A stretch of 64,000 bases of DNA from Candidatus Latescibacterota bacterium (GTDB lineage Bacteria > Latescibacterota > UBA2968), in contig OZ220741.1 in the NCBI GenBank assembly GCA_965116885.1, positions 4,416,001 to 4,480,000 of the forward strand. Reading direction: 5' to 3'. A program made the translations under genes and the position numbers. Shown one piece after another: positions 38,001 through 48,402 of this stretch. The notes below the pieces were generated by a model. It was not told the DNA's origin. It saw only the letters and a list, made by a program, of their open reading frames with translations, and made no database searches. Every line of letters begins with the position of its first letter. Position 1 is the stretch's first letter.

Positions 38001-41000
38001 TGCGGGGCGCGTCTTGTCCTTTGAGGGGAATGCGCAATAAACGCCACGGAGGATCCGTAACACCACCCAATTCGGGGAAGAGATCGGATTCAGTGCCGGG
38101 CACAAGCACAGATGGGCCGGTAAATGTGCCCGAGACACGGGATAGGCCCCGATTGCTGGACAAATCAACGCTGTATCGGATAAAACTTTCTCGCTGGTCG
38201 AGAAAACCATTGCCGTTGAGGTCTTCGGTATCTGGTCGAGATTGGCGCTCTGCCCTGTTGCCCTCTGTTCCGTTTAGGCCAGAGGGATAGCGGCGCAGGA
38301 TATCTGTCGTGTTTTGATCTACATCTTCAAAATTATCTCCCGAAGGATCGTTGGGCACAGTTACACCTGGAAATATTTTTCGAAAAACCTCGGCTTCTTC
38401 GACATCTGTCAATCCATCCAGACCAATATCCTCTTCTTCGATAACGATATCGTCTCCTGTGGGCAAGCCGCCGATGGGTTTGTCCTCTGTGCGAAAGCCA
38501 CTCTGAAATCGCTCTCGATCGCCTGGATCATTGTACAGGGGATGATCCAGGGGCAGAAGGACGCGCTCAGATACGTCGCCCAAATCGATGTGCAGATGCC
38601 CGTCGTCTCCCCGAATCCAGAGTTCGAGAAATTTAGACCGCGACAAATCGAGGCCATTGACATAGCGCATAATACCCGCCCATGATTGTTGGGGAATGCC
38701 ACTTTCGTTATTCTGCGAGCGAATGGGAAAGCCATTGCTACGCGCGGGATCAAACCGCAGTTTGAGAATATCGACAATGTCTTGTTCCGCGGTTATGTCA
38801 TCGCGGGTGGGCTGAATTCGGGAAAGAGATGCCCTATCGCGGTCAATGGGATTATACCACGTAAGCCGTCCTTGTGGCAATGTGAGCGATCTGTTGTTGC
38901 GAACGGGAACACTTGCGCGATTCCACCCAATTTTTCCAATCGCAAATCGCGTACTATTCAGAGCACCTTCAAAATCATCGATATACGCCACATTTTTGGT
39001 ATTGGGATTTGGCAAACTCTGCGCGATTTCAAAGTCCATGTCGATAGACGACGGCACCTGCGTATTCACAAGAGGAATGGTGTTGACGAGGTCACTCAAC
39101 AGTTTGGGTTGTATCCGAAAGCGGGCATTGGCATCCCACAAAATAGTGCGCGTGGGTTCCTGCCCCACCCGAACGCGCGGCGTGGCGGTACTTTGACTGC
39201 CGTATAGCAAGGTCATGCCAATAAGTGAATACTGATCTTCAAAAGGCCGCTCGAGACGCAGGCCCAAAAGGCTTTTAGACGATTGTCCCAAACCCAATAG
39301 ATCTTTGGTTTGATACGATATGTCCAGTTCAGACGAGGGGTCTGCAACCTCGTTTTCTGCCTCACCAATAAATTTCAAACGGCCTATCTGGTAATTTATT
39401 GTGTAGTCTTCGTCGCGTCTTAAGGTTCGGCTGTTCAGACGCACGACTTCGCTGTCCTCAACCAATCCACCAAATCCGCCGATGTTGAATTCGGTCGATT
39501 GACTCGTCGAACGCACCCGAATAACATACCGCCCTGCGTCCTGGCGGTTGGACACATTGGTTTCGTTGTAAATGCCCGGCACGCGCACCTCGAGGTCGGG
39601 TGCCCCCAAACCCTCCTCGCCAAAAGGCTCGAGAAAGGGAAAAACGAGATGCCCTCTGGGGAGACTCAGGCCGGGGATCTCATTCCCCGTGCCAATATCT
39701 ATGAGCCGGTCTGGTGGAGAAGATTCAGAAGAGCCGTTGGTGCGTCGGTCAAGACCAAAAATTTCCAGGAATGACATGCCCTCCTGATTATCCTGTTCAC
39801 TTTCACCCGGCACCTTGCGAAAGATGCCGACGAACAAACCAGTTTGATCAATGTTGCGCCCGCCAAGGCTATATACATTGCGCCACGCGAGTTTCCAGGT
39901 CGGATCTGTGGGGCGTTGTTGTCTGGCTTTGATGAGCTTGAGTTGAATTTTTTTGTCGGGATTTCCCGGATCGGGAATAAATTGTATATCGCCAAAATTT
40001 TCACCCGACGCGGTTTGATAAGCCACCGCAAGCGTGTAGCCCCGCGAAATCGTACGTCCATGGATGAGATACCCTTCGGGTAAAGCCGTAAATTCGGAGG
40101 GGTCGAGTTCGTGAAATGTACCTTCTTCAACGCCCTTATCAAAACCACGCGATGCCGCTTCATCGGGCGATCCATTGTTCCACGCGAGGTATGCGATGCC
40201 GGGAATGGCCGAGTCTTCGAGGTCGTTTTGCGCATTGTAGTCGTTTATGAAAACGCGCACGCTTTGCTCTGTAACGCGATCGCCCGGTGCGGGAAGCAAA
40301 CCGTTTCGGAAATTTTCTCGATAGGTGTTATCGAGAAAAAAATAGGTGTTTTCGACGTACCTGTAATCGGGGATTTCATCGGATCTTTCCTGCCCCTGGC
40401 CCGTAAAGGTCTGGCGATCGCTCGACGATTTGTCCTGAGACGTGACAACAGTAAAATTGATGGCGCCAACCCGCCCCCGCGTTTTGATGCCAAACAGCCC
40501 ACCTCTGTTGCCGCCGCTAAATCCAATCAGGCGGGTACCGGGTAATGCCAGCGACGTGTTGCCCGCTTCTATGGTTTCAATAATGCCGTCTTCATCACCT
40601 GTGTATTGCAGGCGCAGGCCTTCGGCCAGATCAAAGCCCTGTCGCTCGCTATTTTGCTCCAACGAAACCATGATCCGATCGCCAATGGTGCCTTCAACAG
40701 CGAGTTGGGCCTCTTGCTCAAAATTGATAGTGGGAAAGCGAGATGTGCTCAGGTGAGCCGCTTGCGCCTGTCCCAAAGTGTATTGCGAGAGACCCGACAA
40801 TTCGATGCGGCGATGCCCTCTGATGGTAAGATTGGCGGCCCCTTCCCCAGTAATAGCACTCAAACGCTGGGGAACGCGAATCGGAATTTTGACATCAATC
40901 AATCCATCGCCTTCTTCATCGTCATCCATGCGGCCTCCCAATCGCTCCAGTGCAAGACGATGGGTATCATGGTGGAACTTGTAACGCATAAAGTCGCTTA

Positions 41001-41289
41001 GACTGATAATCACCGGAAGGCCATAAGGCGCGCCCCCCAGATCGCGGAACACCATCAGTGTATATTCGGTTTCTGTTTCTATCAGTTGCGCCGTAGGGGG
41101 CGCATAAGGGCGTCTTTGAGGAAAATAAGAAGTGGATCCAGGCGTATCGCGCAAAAAGGCTTCAAGCGTTGACACACCTATTTGCGGGCGCAAACCCGGC
41201 GTGGCAAGGGCAATACTCGGGCAGAGAAACGCAAGAAAAAATAAAACACTGAGGTCGCGTGACCTCAGGTGAATGTGAATAAACTTCAT
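35098..41289 (-). CDS. sprA: SprA/Sov-like large outer-membrane protein (T9SS translocon homologue)
   Basis: About 2060 aa with signal peptide; LQYTGDEDGIIETIEAGNTSLALP, WRNVYSLG, AYIDDFEG, DTEDLNGNG, IWIDELR, beta-strand-rich C-terminus. Confidence 0.85.
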   Translation of the reverse strand: MKFIHIHLRSRDLSVLFFLAFLCPSIALATPGLRPQIGVSTLEAFLRDTPGSTSYFPQRRPYAPPTAQLIETETEYTLMVFRDLGGAPYGLPVIISLSDFMRYKFHHDTHRLALERLGGRMDDDEEGDGLIDVKIPIRVPQRLSAITGEGAANLTIRGHRRIELSGLSQYTLGQAQAAHLSTSRFPTINFEQEAQLAVEGTIGDRIMVSLEQNSERQGFDLAEGLRLQYTGDEDGIIETIEAGNTSLALPGTRLIGFSGGNRGGLFGIKTRGRVGAINFTVVTSQDKSSSDRQTFTGQGQERSDEIPDYRYVENTYFFLDNTYRENFRNGLLPAPGDRVTEQSVRVFINDYNAQNDLEDSAIPGIAYLAWNNGSPDEAASRGFDKGVEEGTFHELDPSEFTALPEGYLIHGRTISRGYTLAVAYQTASGENFGDIQFIPDPGNPDKKIQLKLIKARQQRPTDPTWKLAWRNVYSLGGRNIDQTGLFVGIFRKVPGESEQDNQEGMSFLEIFGLDRRTNGSSESSPPDRLIDIGTGNEIPGLSLPRGHLVFPFLEPFGEEGLGAPDLEVRVPGIYNETNVSNRQDAGRYVIRVRSTSQSTEFNIGGFGGLVEDSEVVRLNSRTLRRDEDYTINYQIGRLKFIGEAENEVADPSSELDISYQTKDLLGLGQSSKSLLGLRLERPFEDQYSLIGMTLLYGSQSTATPRVRVGQEPTRTILWDANARFRIQPKLLSDLVNTIPLVNTQVPSSIDMDFEIAQSLPNPNTKNVAYIDDFEGALNSTRFAIGKIGWNRASVPVRNNRSLTLPQGRLTWYNPIDRDRASLSRIQPTRDDITAEQDIVDILKLRFDPARSNGFPIRSQNNESGIPQQSWAGIMRYVNGLDLSRSKFLELWIRGDDGHLHIDLGDVSERVLLPLDHPLYNDPGDRERFQSGFRTEDKPIGGLPTGDDIVIEEEDIGLDGLTDVEEAEVFRKIFPGVTVPNDPSGDNFEDVDQNTTDILRRYPSGLNGTEGNRAERQSRPDTEDLNGNGFLDQRESFIRYSVDLSSNRGLSRVSGTFTGPSVLVPGTESDLFPELGGVTDPPWRLLRIPLKGQDAPRTFEGSPDTTFASALDFVRVWFEHNDTTSVEIYTFSATGSEWQEDPVAFGQSSGDFQVSTIGTNNSFYESPPGLEREIDPTTGIRLSENSLVLEFVDLYPGESISASRNFASGENYTEYGIMTLFLHGGNPADPTYNTNFSDAADSVSTGPSPIEFFMRFAPINDDSLNFYEYRSRVYRGWAEETNTVRLDLETMSQLKGQLLDLQSIEQASDTVSVSLRRGDFLARYDKEGNRIEIDVDGRTYIVRGNPALSSIRAFTVGIRNRGDEILLGENEIWIDELRVDEIRKKPALSALADTRITLADLGNLTVNLERRSGDFQDLQGRASGNTTTRFNFDSQLNIDKFFPKEWNTSIPARFSYNRFTSSPRIRPGSDIVLTPEQKINESDVRSQTRFTISLRKRPAREDPSLLSRIFFDKASTSLNYSSDASTTGAITQRRRSQNQNLNGNMTYNQAWSQRETLAIFKWLPFYKPLKEAQFFYLPTSINYNLRFNRGVSDQTSFRAIAGDTSNVIDTVRETFNLTESYAIKLSPFRSLNADYSLTINRDLRNGYALTQLQFGREISRNQSLNFRFTPRFSNWITVNPSYSATYTDRFEIGGERVQYGSVRRGLTVNSQQTANARVNLNLPGLFQRWTRRSGKDGGFSILQWIGKVGGRLQNVTSSVSENKSNNLFGLTARPSLAYQFGFRDTVQVPIVITSSGTRTNAVNVRRQAQVSSGIRLPLGLNFNTSANYSENERTGNTLGKDDQVVFPKFDASWRGLDRVPLIGWLWVSSNATFGYQESRMRRGDGSLSLSPLYLISDAKEISYNPLFQWNARWIGDVNTTFSRRETSTDEIRYQRNVTVDTASVQPTLADRLIGTTLTENGTLQADVRYSLRGKFQGTLDLTLSFSRTSNTQTEMPRSAEPDVPAEPIIRQNSTSWSVSLGTQYAFSSRFTGGTTFRHERRKDHLRELTNVTWDFRFWGEIGFQ

Positions 41290-41500
41290 AAGGGCTTTGG
41301 GTAACAGTCGGAAAGTTGTATTAAGGAGCGGGTGATAGATCATTGAACAAAGTACATAATAGCATAAGCCACATGAAAGTCAAGGTAAAATCCTCAGAAA
41401 TTGGCGGGGAATAAATATCGGTAAGCACGTCTTTTTTTCAGAGGTAAAAAGCCGTATATTTCGTTGATCGTTAAACTCATTTTTGAAAAAAAGGTTCCTC

Positions 41501-42775
41501 ATGCGCTTGCGTCGGTATGTGCTATCCGAACTGATGATGCCATTTTTATTTGGTTTTTCCGTTATCATCTTTCTTCTGGTCATCGATCTCATTTTGCAAA
41601 TGCTCGATCGAATTCTGGGAAAAGGCGTCCCCATAAGTGTGGTTTTTGAGTTGTTTTTTTTAAACACAGCCTGGATGATTGCCCTCGCCGTTCCAATGGC
41701 TGTGTTGGTCAGTACCCTGCTGGCATTTGGCCGATTGAGTGCCGCAGGCGAAATTGTGGCCATGCGCGCATTGGGCATTGGAATTCACCAGGTTGTAGGA
41801 CCGGTACTACTCGTCGCCGCACTGCTGGGAATTGGGCTGGTGGTTTTTAATGACCGCGTATTGCCCGAATTTAATCACCGCGCCCGCGTGTTGATGACAG
41901 ATATTCACCGCAAACGCCCCGCGGTTGCGCTGGCCGACAAGGCCGGAGTAATGATTGGCGATTTCAAAAATTATCAGATTTTGTTTGATCGCGCCGATAC
42001 AGGTGGCAATATTCTTTACGACTTGCTGGTATATAGCTTTAATAGCAACGGGTTCCCCGAAACAGCGGTTGCCGATTCGGGCGTTGTCGAATTTGACGAA
42101 GCGCGAGACGAGGCTCTGCTCTATCTTTTTAATGGGGAAATGCACCGCATTGATCCAGATGATCCCACAGTCTATGCGCTCACGACATTTGCCAAAGCCA
42201 GATTGCGGCTCGGAGATGCGGGCCAACAGTTGTCGAGATCTTCATCGGCATATCGCAATGATCGAGAAATGGATATCGCCACCATGCAGCATAAAATCTC
42301 TCAGTATGAAAGCGAATTACATCAGGCGAAGGTAAAAAGGGCGAACCTTCTGAATGCGTTTGTGCGTGAAGTATTAATAGATTCCGCAGATGCAAAACCC
42401 GTGCAGTCGCCGCGCGCTGTATTGGGGCGTGTAGCAGCCGATACGCGGATTGCACGCCATAAGTCGAGAGCAGCAGATCGATTGCGCGTGGAAGTACACA
42501 AAAAATTTTCAATCCCCGCAGCCTGTGTTGCATTTGTACTGGTGGGCGCGCCTATCGGCGTGTGGGCGCGCAGCAGCAGTGCGGCAATTGGCGCGGCGAT
42601 TAGCATTGGCTTTTTTTTAGTCTGGTGGATCTTTCTTATCGGTGGTGAAAAATTGGCTGACCGAGGTGTAATCATGCCCTGGTTGGCGATGTGGATGCCC
42701 AATGTATTGACCGTCCTGATCGGTGCTGTTCTGTCTGCGCGAATTATCTGCGAATGGGGCACAAACAGGAGATAA
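41501..42775 (+). CDS. lptF: LptF/LptG family LPS export permease (LptF-like)
   Basis: RYVLSEL, AFGRLSAAGEIVAMRALG, EVHKKFSIPAAC, WMPN. Confidence 0.8.
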   Translation: MRLRRYVLSELMMPFLFGFSVIIFLLVIDLILQMLDRILGKGVPISVVFELFFLNTAWMIALAVPMAVLVSTLLAFGRLSAAGEIVAMRALGIGIHQVVGPVLLVAALLGIGLVVFNDRVLPEFNHRARVLMTDIHRKRPAVALADKAGVMIGDFKNYQILFDRADTGGNILYDLLVYSFNSNGFPETAVADSGVVEFDEARDEALLYLFNGEMHRIDPDDPTVYALTTFAKARLRLGDAGQQLSRSSSAYRNDREMDIATMQHKISQYESELHQAKVKRANLLNAFVREVLIDSADAKPVQSPRAVLGRVAADTRIARHKSRAADRLRVEVHKKFSIPAACVAFVLVGAPIGVWARSSSAAIGAAISIGFFLVWWIFLIGGEKLADRGVIMPWLAMWMPNVLTVLIGAVLSARIICEWGTNRR

Positions 42776-42777
42776 CC

Positions 42778-43848
42778 GTGCGTATTTTGAGCCGCTATGT
42801 CGTCGTCCAATTTGCAATGCCCTTTGGCGTCAGTTTGCTGGCTTTTGCCGTTGTTTTTGTCGTCATTGACCTGGTAGATCGCCTCAGCGCATTTATAGAC
42901 CGCGAAGTGGGCCTGGGAATAATTCTATCTTATTATCTCTGCTATTTGCCATATATTGTCGTCCTCGTGCTTCCAATGGCGGTCTTGCTCGCGGGGTTGT
43001 TCTGTATGGGCGGGCTGATACAGCGCGGGGAATTGCTGGCAATGAAAAGTGCCGGCATAAGTCTTTATCAAGTCGTGATTCCATTGCAAATGCTGGCTCT
43101 TGGAATCAGTCTTTTGGCCGCTGCGATGGCCGATCAAGTCGTGCCGCGAGCAAATCGGGCGCGATCGGAAATCGAGCAACCGCGCCAATCAGCACTCGGA
43201 CCTCAGTCCATCCGCGTACAGGTCGCGCTGCGAGATACGGGCAGGCGCGTTTTGTCAATGGTAGAATACGACGCTACGGCTATGAAAGGGCGGCAGGTAG
43301 TCCTCGACAAACATGAAGGCGGGGTGCTCACAGAGCGCGTCCGCGCCGAAGAAGCAGTTTGGGCCGCCTCAGAATGGCATTTTATGAACGGTGATCGGCG
43401 CGTATTTTCAGATGGAAAAGAATTTTATCGCGCATTTCGCGTGTGGGCGGCAAAAGATGTGACCCTGACACCCGAAGACCTCGTCCGCGATGTCGTGCCC
43501 GAAGATCAGATGACGTATTCCGAACTGGCGGACTTTATCCATCGCAAAGCGCGCAACGGCGGTCAGACGCTTCGAGAATCCGTGGCACTTCACATGCGTT
43601 TGGCCTTTCCATTTGCGAACTTCATTATTGCCCTTTTTGGCCTGCCTCTGGCCTCTCGGATGCGACGAACGGGCCGCCCCATTCAAATTGGCATGTGCTT
43701 GCTCATCTGCTTTGCATTTTACGGATGTATTCAACTCGGGCGCGCCATGGGGTGGAACGATGTGCTATCCCCTGCCTGGAGCGCGTGGGGGGCAAATGCG
43801 ATCTTTGGCGCAATCGGGATAGTCACGCTTCTCACAACGCGCAAATAG
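42778..43848 (+). CDS. lptG: LptF/LptG family LPS export permease (LptG-like)
   Basis: GTG start RILSRY, ELLAMKSAGISL, RLAFPFAN, WGANAIF. Confidence 0.8.
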   Translation: MRILSRYVVVQFAMPFGVSLLAFAVVFVVIDLVDRLSAFIDREVGLGIILSYYLCYLPYIVVLVLPMAVLLAGLFCMGGLIQRGELLAMKSAGISLYQVVIPLQMLALGISLLAAAMADQVVPRANRARSEIEQPRQSALGPQSIRVQVALRDTGRRVLSMVEYDATAMKGRQVVLDKHEGGVLTERVRAEEAVWAASEWHFMNGDRRVFSDGKEFYRAFRVWAAKDVTLTPEDLVRDVVPEDQMTYSELADFIHRKARNGGQTLRESVALHMRLAFPFANFIIALFGLPLASRMRRTGRPIQIGMCLLICFAFYGCIQLGRAMGWNDVLSPAWSAWGANAIFGAIGIVTLLTTRK

Positions 43849-43896
43849 GCGCTGAGAATAATCCTGTACATCCTTTAATCCCGGGAATCTTGATCC

Positions 43897-45354
43897 ATGT
43901 CCAAAAAATACAATATTCTCCTGATGATCTCCGATCAGCACAGCAAATATCACATTGGTGCTTATGGAGACCCTCTCGTGCGTACGCCCAATCTCGACCA
44001 ACTCGCAGAAAACGGTATGCGCTTCACCAGCGCGTACTGCGCCTCACCCGTTTGCGTGCCCAGTCGCATGTCATTTATGACGTGTCGCACGCCTTCGGCC
44101 AATCGCGTATGGAATAACAGCCATGTGCTACACTCGGGCATCCCCACCTGGGCACACGCCATGGGACTGGCCGGGTATGAAACATCGCTTATTGGGCGGA
44201 TGCACTTCAACGGACACGATCAGCGACACGGCTTTGAAAATCGGCCCTTAGGCGAATATGGCGCCATACATCCGGGTGCAAATAGGCGGGGAGCGCCCCT
44301 CTTTAAAAGCATTTCAACAGCGACCACCGGACAAAATCGCACAGCCATCGAAGTCGCCGGACGAGGATATGGCTCGTATCACGTCTTTGACGAAATGGTC
44401 GCGGAAAGAACCAGTGCTTATCTGCGCGACAAAGCGAAAAATCCAGGCAATCGGCCCTTTGCTGCCGTGGCGGGATTTCTTTTACCTCACTGTCCCTTTA
44501 TCGCGCACAAAGAGCTTTTTGATTATTACTACGACCGCGTCGATATCCCTCAACACACGCCCAATGAACCCGGACCTATTCGCAAATTCAAACAGATTCG
44601 CGGCCTCTATCCCCCCCTCGACGAAGAACGCATCCGCGTTGCCCGCGCCGCTTATTTTGGCATGTGCGAATACCTCGACCTGCAAATCGGGCACATCCTT
44701 CAAACCCTGCGAGAGACGGGTCTTGATCGCAATACTCTGGTCATTTATTGCTCGGACCACGGCGAAATGGCCGGGGAACACGGCTGCTGGTGGAAAAGCA
44801 GCTACTACGAAGGGTCTGTTGGCGTCCCCCTCATCGCAAGTCTCCCCGGCGTGATCGCACCAAATGCGGAAAGCGACCAGATATGTAATCTGATGGACAT
44901 GGGTCCCACCCTGCTCGACATGGCAGATGGAAATCCCATGCCAGACATTCACGGATATTCACTCTGGTCACTACTTACAGGACAAGGATCGGGCGACCAC
45001 CCCAACGAAACATACAGCGAACACCTGGGGCAAGAAGGCATACCCTCGCGTATGATTCGAACGGGGCCCTGGAAATGTTACACATACCACGACAATACTG
45101 CGCCTGTCCTCTACAATCTCGAAGACGATCCAGATGAAATGCGCGACCTGGGTAGCGATTCCAATTATGAACACATCCGCAACCACCTCCTATCCCGCAT
45201 TTTTGAACACTGGGACCCCGAGGATGTACTCAGAGAAAGCGCAGATATTGATCGCGATATACGCCTGATTACCCGCTGGGGACAAGCCATTCAACCCACC
45301 TTACCCGACACCGTCGCAGTACCCGATGATGCCGAAGATATTGAATGCCGATAA
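43897..45354 (+). CDS. Sulfatase (choline-sulfatase-like)
   Basis: NILLMISDQH, RTPNLD, CVPSR (formylglycine motif), SDHGEM. Confidence 0.92.
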   Translation: MSKKYNILLMISDQHSKYHIGAYGDPLVRTPNLDQLAENGMRFTSAYCASPVCVPSRMSFMTCRTPSANRVWNNSHVLHSGIPTWAHAMGLAGYETSLIGRMHFNGHDQRHGFENRPLGEYGAIHPGANRRGAPLFKSISTATTGQNRTAIEVAGRGYGSYHVFDEMVAERTSAYLRDKAKNPGNRPFAAVAGFLLPHCPFIAHKELFDYYYDRVDIPQHTPNEPGPIRKFKQIRGLYPPLDEERIRVARAAYFGMCEYLDLQIGHILQTLRETGLDRNTLVIYCSDHGEMAGEHGCWWKSSYYEGSVGVPLIASLPGVIAPNAESDQICNLMDMGPTLLDMADGNPMPDIHGYSLWSLLTGQGSGDHPNETYSEHLGQEGIPSRMIRTGPWKCYTYHDNTAPVLYNLEDDPDEMRDLGSDSNYEHIRNHLLSRIFEHWDPEDVLRESADIDRDIRLITRWGQAIQPTLPDTVAVPDDAEDIECR

Positions 45355-45506
45355 GGCCAACCGCTAATCGCTTGTGTTTTTAAGTGACAAATGACTCTTT
45401 TTTACTTTACTTAACATCCTGAAATTATTCGCTATCGCATTATACACCTTTTGACTGAACAGTTCTGCGAGATGTCTCGGTCATTATTTTTTAGAGGGCA
45501 TATTTT

Positions 45507-48314
45507 ATGCAACGCAAGTTTTTAATCCCAACAATATTTGTCATTGTCATCGGGTTCGCGTGGTTATCATCTTATTATACCGACTGGCTGTGGTTCTCGA
45601 GTCTCGATTTTCAGGCTGTCTTCTGGACCACCCTGAAAGCGCGTTTCCTGTCCGGCATATTTTTTGGTCTGATTGCCGCTGTGGTCATTGGAATCAATCT
45701 CCATTATGTCGGTCGCTTCACCCGCTCCGCGCTCGAAGCAGACGCCTCACTTTACGAAGGCGAAATGCCCGGCGCAAGCCTGTTGCGCTCAAATGCTGGC
45801 TATTTGTTAATCGCCGCAGTCCTCGTCCTCATTATGGGCAATGTCGGCTCTTCACAATGGCCCACCCTGTTGCGTTACTGGTACGGCGGATCATTTGGCA
45901 CTTCCGATCCCATTTTTGGACGCGACGTTGGATTTTATGTCTTTGAATTGCCCTTTTACCAGTTTACAGTTGGTTTCCTCATCGGCACAGTAATCGTATC
46001 AGCTCTGGCATCAGGGGTTATTTACATGGCCACAGGCGGTATTCGCTTGCAGGAACGCATTCAGGTCATGCCGCGTCCCGTCGCACACCTGTCTGCTCTT
46101 GCCGGGCTATTCTTGCTGTTTTCTGCTATCAATTATTACCTCAAAATTTATGGCTTGCTCTATTCTCCAGGCGATGTCTTTTTCGGTGCTGGATTTGTCG
46201 ATGTCAACGTTCAACGCTGGATATACTGGCTCCTCATCATTGCTTTTGTCGCAACTGGCATCATGCTCTTGCGAAACATCAAAGCACGTGAAGCGCGCCC
46301 GCTTCTCATCGGTGTCGGCGTCTTTCTCATTGGGACCATAGGGCTGGGCAGTATCCCGGGTGCTATTGTGCAAAAACTCATCGTAGATCCCACCGAACTT
46401 CAGCGCGAAAGCCCCTACATCAAGAATAACATCGAATTCACGCGAAAAGCTTACGCTCTCGACAGAATTGTGGAACAACCCTTTGAAGCATCTGAGAACC
46501 TTACGGCAGCGGACATTGCCGCCAATCCTTTGACCATTCGCAATATCCGCATCTGGGATGAGCGCCCAATGGTGCAAACCTATCAGCAAGTTCAGGAAAT
46601 TCGCCCCTATTATGTCTTTCCCAGCGTTGATGTTGACCGCTACACCGTGGATGGCGTGTATCGACAGGTCATGCTCTCGGGACGCGAACTCGACACCAAT
46701 CGCCTGCCTGCCCAGGCGCGCAACTGGGTCAATGAAACTCTGCAATATACACACGGATACGGCGTTGCCATGAGCCCGGTTACGCACGTCACCCCCGAGG
46801 GCTTGCCAGAGTTTATGGTCAAAGATATTCCCCCGGTATCCGACGCGGAAGAGCTACAAATTTCCCGTCCAGAAATCTACTATGGCGAACGCACCTACGG
46901 CAACGTGGTTGTCAAAACCAGTGCGGAAGAATTTGACTATCCCAAGCGCGATGGCAATGCGTTTACCACCTACGAAGGCAATGGCGGAGTGCCCATGGGC
47001 AGCCTTATCAACCGCCTGGCATTTACCATTCGCATGATGGACCCCAATTTGCTCTTGAGTAGCTACATCCTGTCTGAGAGCAAAATCATGTACCATCGGC
47101 AAATCGCCCAGCGCGCCCGCGAGATCGCGCCCTTCCTCTTCTTCGACTCCGACCCCTATCTCGTTATCTCCGAAGGTCGTTTGTACTGGATCTTAGATGC
47201 GTACACAACCACCAACATGTATCCCTATTCCAAACGCATGGGACGGTCGCAGATCAACTACATCCGCAATTCGGTCAAGGTCGTTGTGGATGCCTATCAC
47301 GGTTCTGTCACCTTTTATCAGGCAGAAGATGAACCCGTGATTGCCGCGTATGCCGCGATGTTCCCCACCCTGTTCAAATCGATTGATACCATGCCTGCTG
47401 ATTTGCGCGCTCATGTGCGGTATCCCGTTGATCTCTTCCGCATTCAAGCGACGATGTATCGCGAATATCACATGCAAGAAGCCCAGGTGTTTTACAACCA
47501 GGAAGACCTGTGGGAAATTCCAAATGAGATCTACGGCCAAAACGACCGCACACAGCCGATGGAGCCGTATTATATCATCGTCAAATTCCCCGGTGAAGAA
47601 CGCGAAGAATTTCTGCTGCTCGTGCCCTTCACACCCGCAAAAAAGGACAACATGATCGGCTGGTTGGCTGCCCGATGTGACGGGGAAAACTACGGCGACT
47701 TGTTGGTCTATCTTTTGCCGAAAGAAAAACTCATCTTTGGCCCCATGCAACTCGAAGCCCGCATTGACCAACAGCCAGATATATCGAGCCAGCTCACCCT
47801 TTGGGGGCAGGGCGGCTCCGAAGTCATTCGCGGCAATCTTTTGGCCGTGCCCATCGAATCATCCTTCCTATACGTTGAACCCATCTATCTGCAAGCCCGC
47901 CAGGAATCCGAGCAATTCCAACAACAGGGCTTTGAGGGCGAAGGCGGTGGACAGCCTCAGCAAGGACAACCACCGCGTCAACTCCAGCAAAGCACTGCCA
48001 TCCCCGAACTCAAGCAGGTGATCGTAGCATTTGGTGGACAGGTCATCATGCGCGATACATTTGAAGAGGCTCTCAACGAACTGTTTGGCTCTGGCGCAGG
48101 GAAAACCCTGGGGACTTCAAGTTCCGAAGAAACACCCGCGACCACATCAGAACAGCCCGCTGAACGCACCGCTACAGCGTTGGCCTCAGAAGCAGATATG
48201 CAATTCCAGCGCGTGCGGGAATCGCTTCAAAAGTGGGATTGGACAACCGCGGGCGAAGCGATGAAACAACTGGAACAATCGATTCTCGAATTGAAAAAGA
48301 CACTGGAGCAATAA
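45507..48314 (+). CDS. UPF0182 family membrane protein
   Basis: DWLWF, DPIFGRDVGFYVFELP, NIRIWD, YTHGYG, NYIRNSVK, VIRGNLL. Confidence 0.93.
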   Translation: MQRKFLIPTIFVIVIGFAWLSSYYTDWLWFSSLDFQAVFWTTLKARFLSGIFFGLIAAVVIGINLHYVGRFTRSALEADASLYEGEMPGASLLRSNAGYLLIAAVLVLIMGNVGSSQWPTLLRYWYGGSFGTSDPIFGRDVGFYVFELPFYQFTVGFLIGTVIVSALASGVIYMATGGIRLQERIQVMPRPVAHLSALAGLFLLFSAINYYLKIYGLLYSPGDVFFGAGFVDVNVQRWIYWLLIIAFVATGIMLLRNIKAREARPLLIGVGVFLIGTIGLGSIPGAIVQKLIVDPTELQRESPYIKNNIEFTRKAYALDRIVEQPFEASENLTAADIAANPLTIRNIRIWDERPMVQTYQQVQEIRPYYVFPSVDVDRYTVDGVYRQVMLSGRELDTNRLPAQARNWVNETLQYTHGYGVAMSPVTHVTPEGLPEFMVKDIPPVSDAEELQISRPEIYYGERTYGNVVVKTSAEEFDYPKRDGNAFTTYEGNGGVPMGSLINRLAFTIRMMDPNLLLSSYILSESKIMYHRQIAQRAREIAPFLFFDSDPYLVISEGRLYWILDAYTTTNMYPYSKRMGRSQINYIRNSVKVVVDAYHGSVTFYQAEDEPVIAAYAAMFPTLFKSIDTMPADLRAHVRYPVDLFRIQATMYREYHMQEAQVFYNQEDLWEIPNEIYGQNDRTQPMEPYYIIVKFPGEEREEFLLLVPFTPAKKDNMIGWLAARCDGENYGDLLVYLLPKEKLIFGPMQLEARIDQQPDISSQLTLWGQGGSEVIRGNLLAVPIESSFLYVEPIYLQARQESEQFQQQGFEGEGGGQPQQGQPPRQLQQSTAIPELKQVIVAFGGQVIMRDTFEEALNELFGSGAGKTLGTSSSEETPATTSEQPAERTATALASEADMQFQRVRESLQKWDWTTAGEAMKQLEQSILELKKTLEQ

Positions 48315-48337
48315 TCGTCCACCCATTTTCTCAGTTC

Positions 48338-48377
48338 AAACATGGATAGACGGGATAATTCTGTCTATCCATGTTTT
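48338..48377 (+). terminator. Rho-independent terminator
   Basis: AAACATGGATAGAC..GTCTATCCATGTTTT. Confidence 0.75.
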
Positions 48378-48402
48378 CTATGACTCTACAGAAAGGAAAA
48401 AA

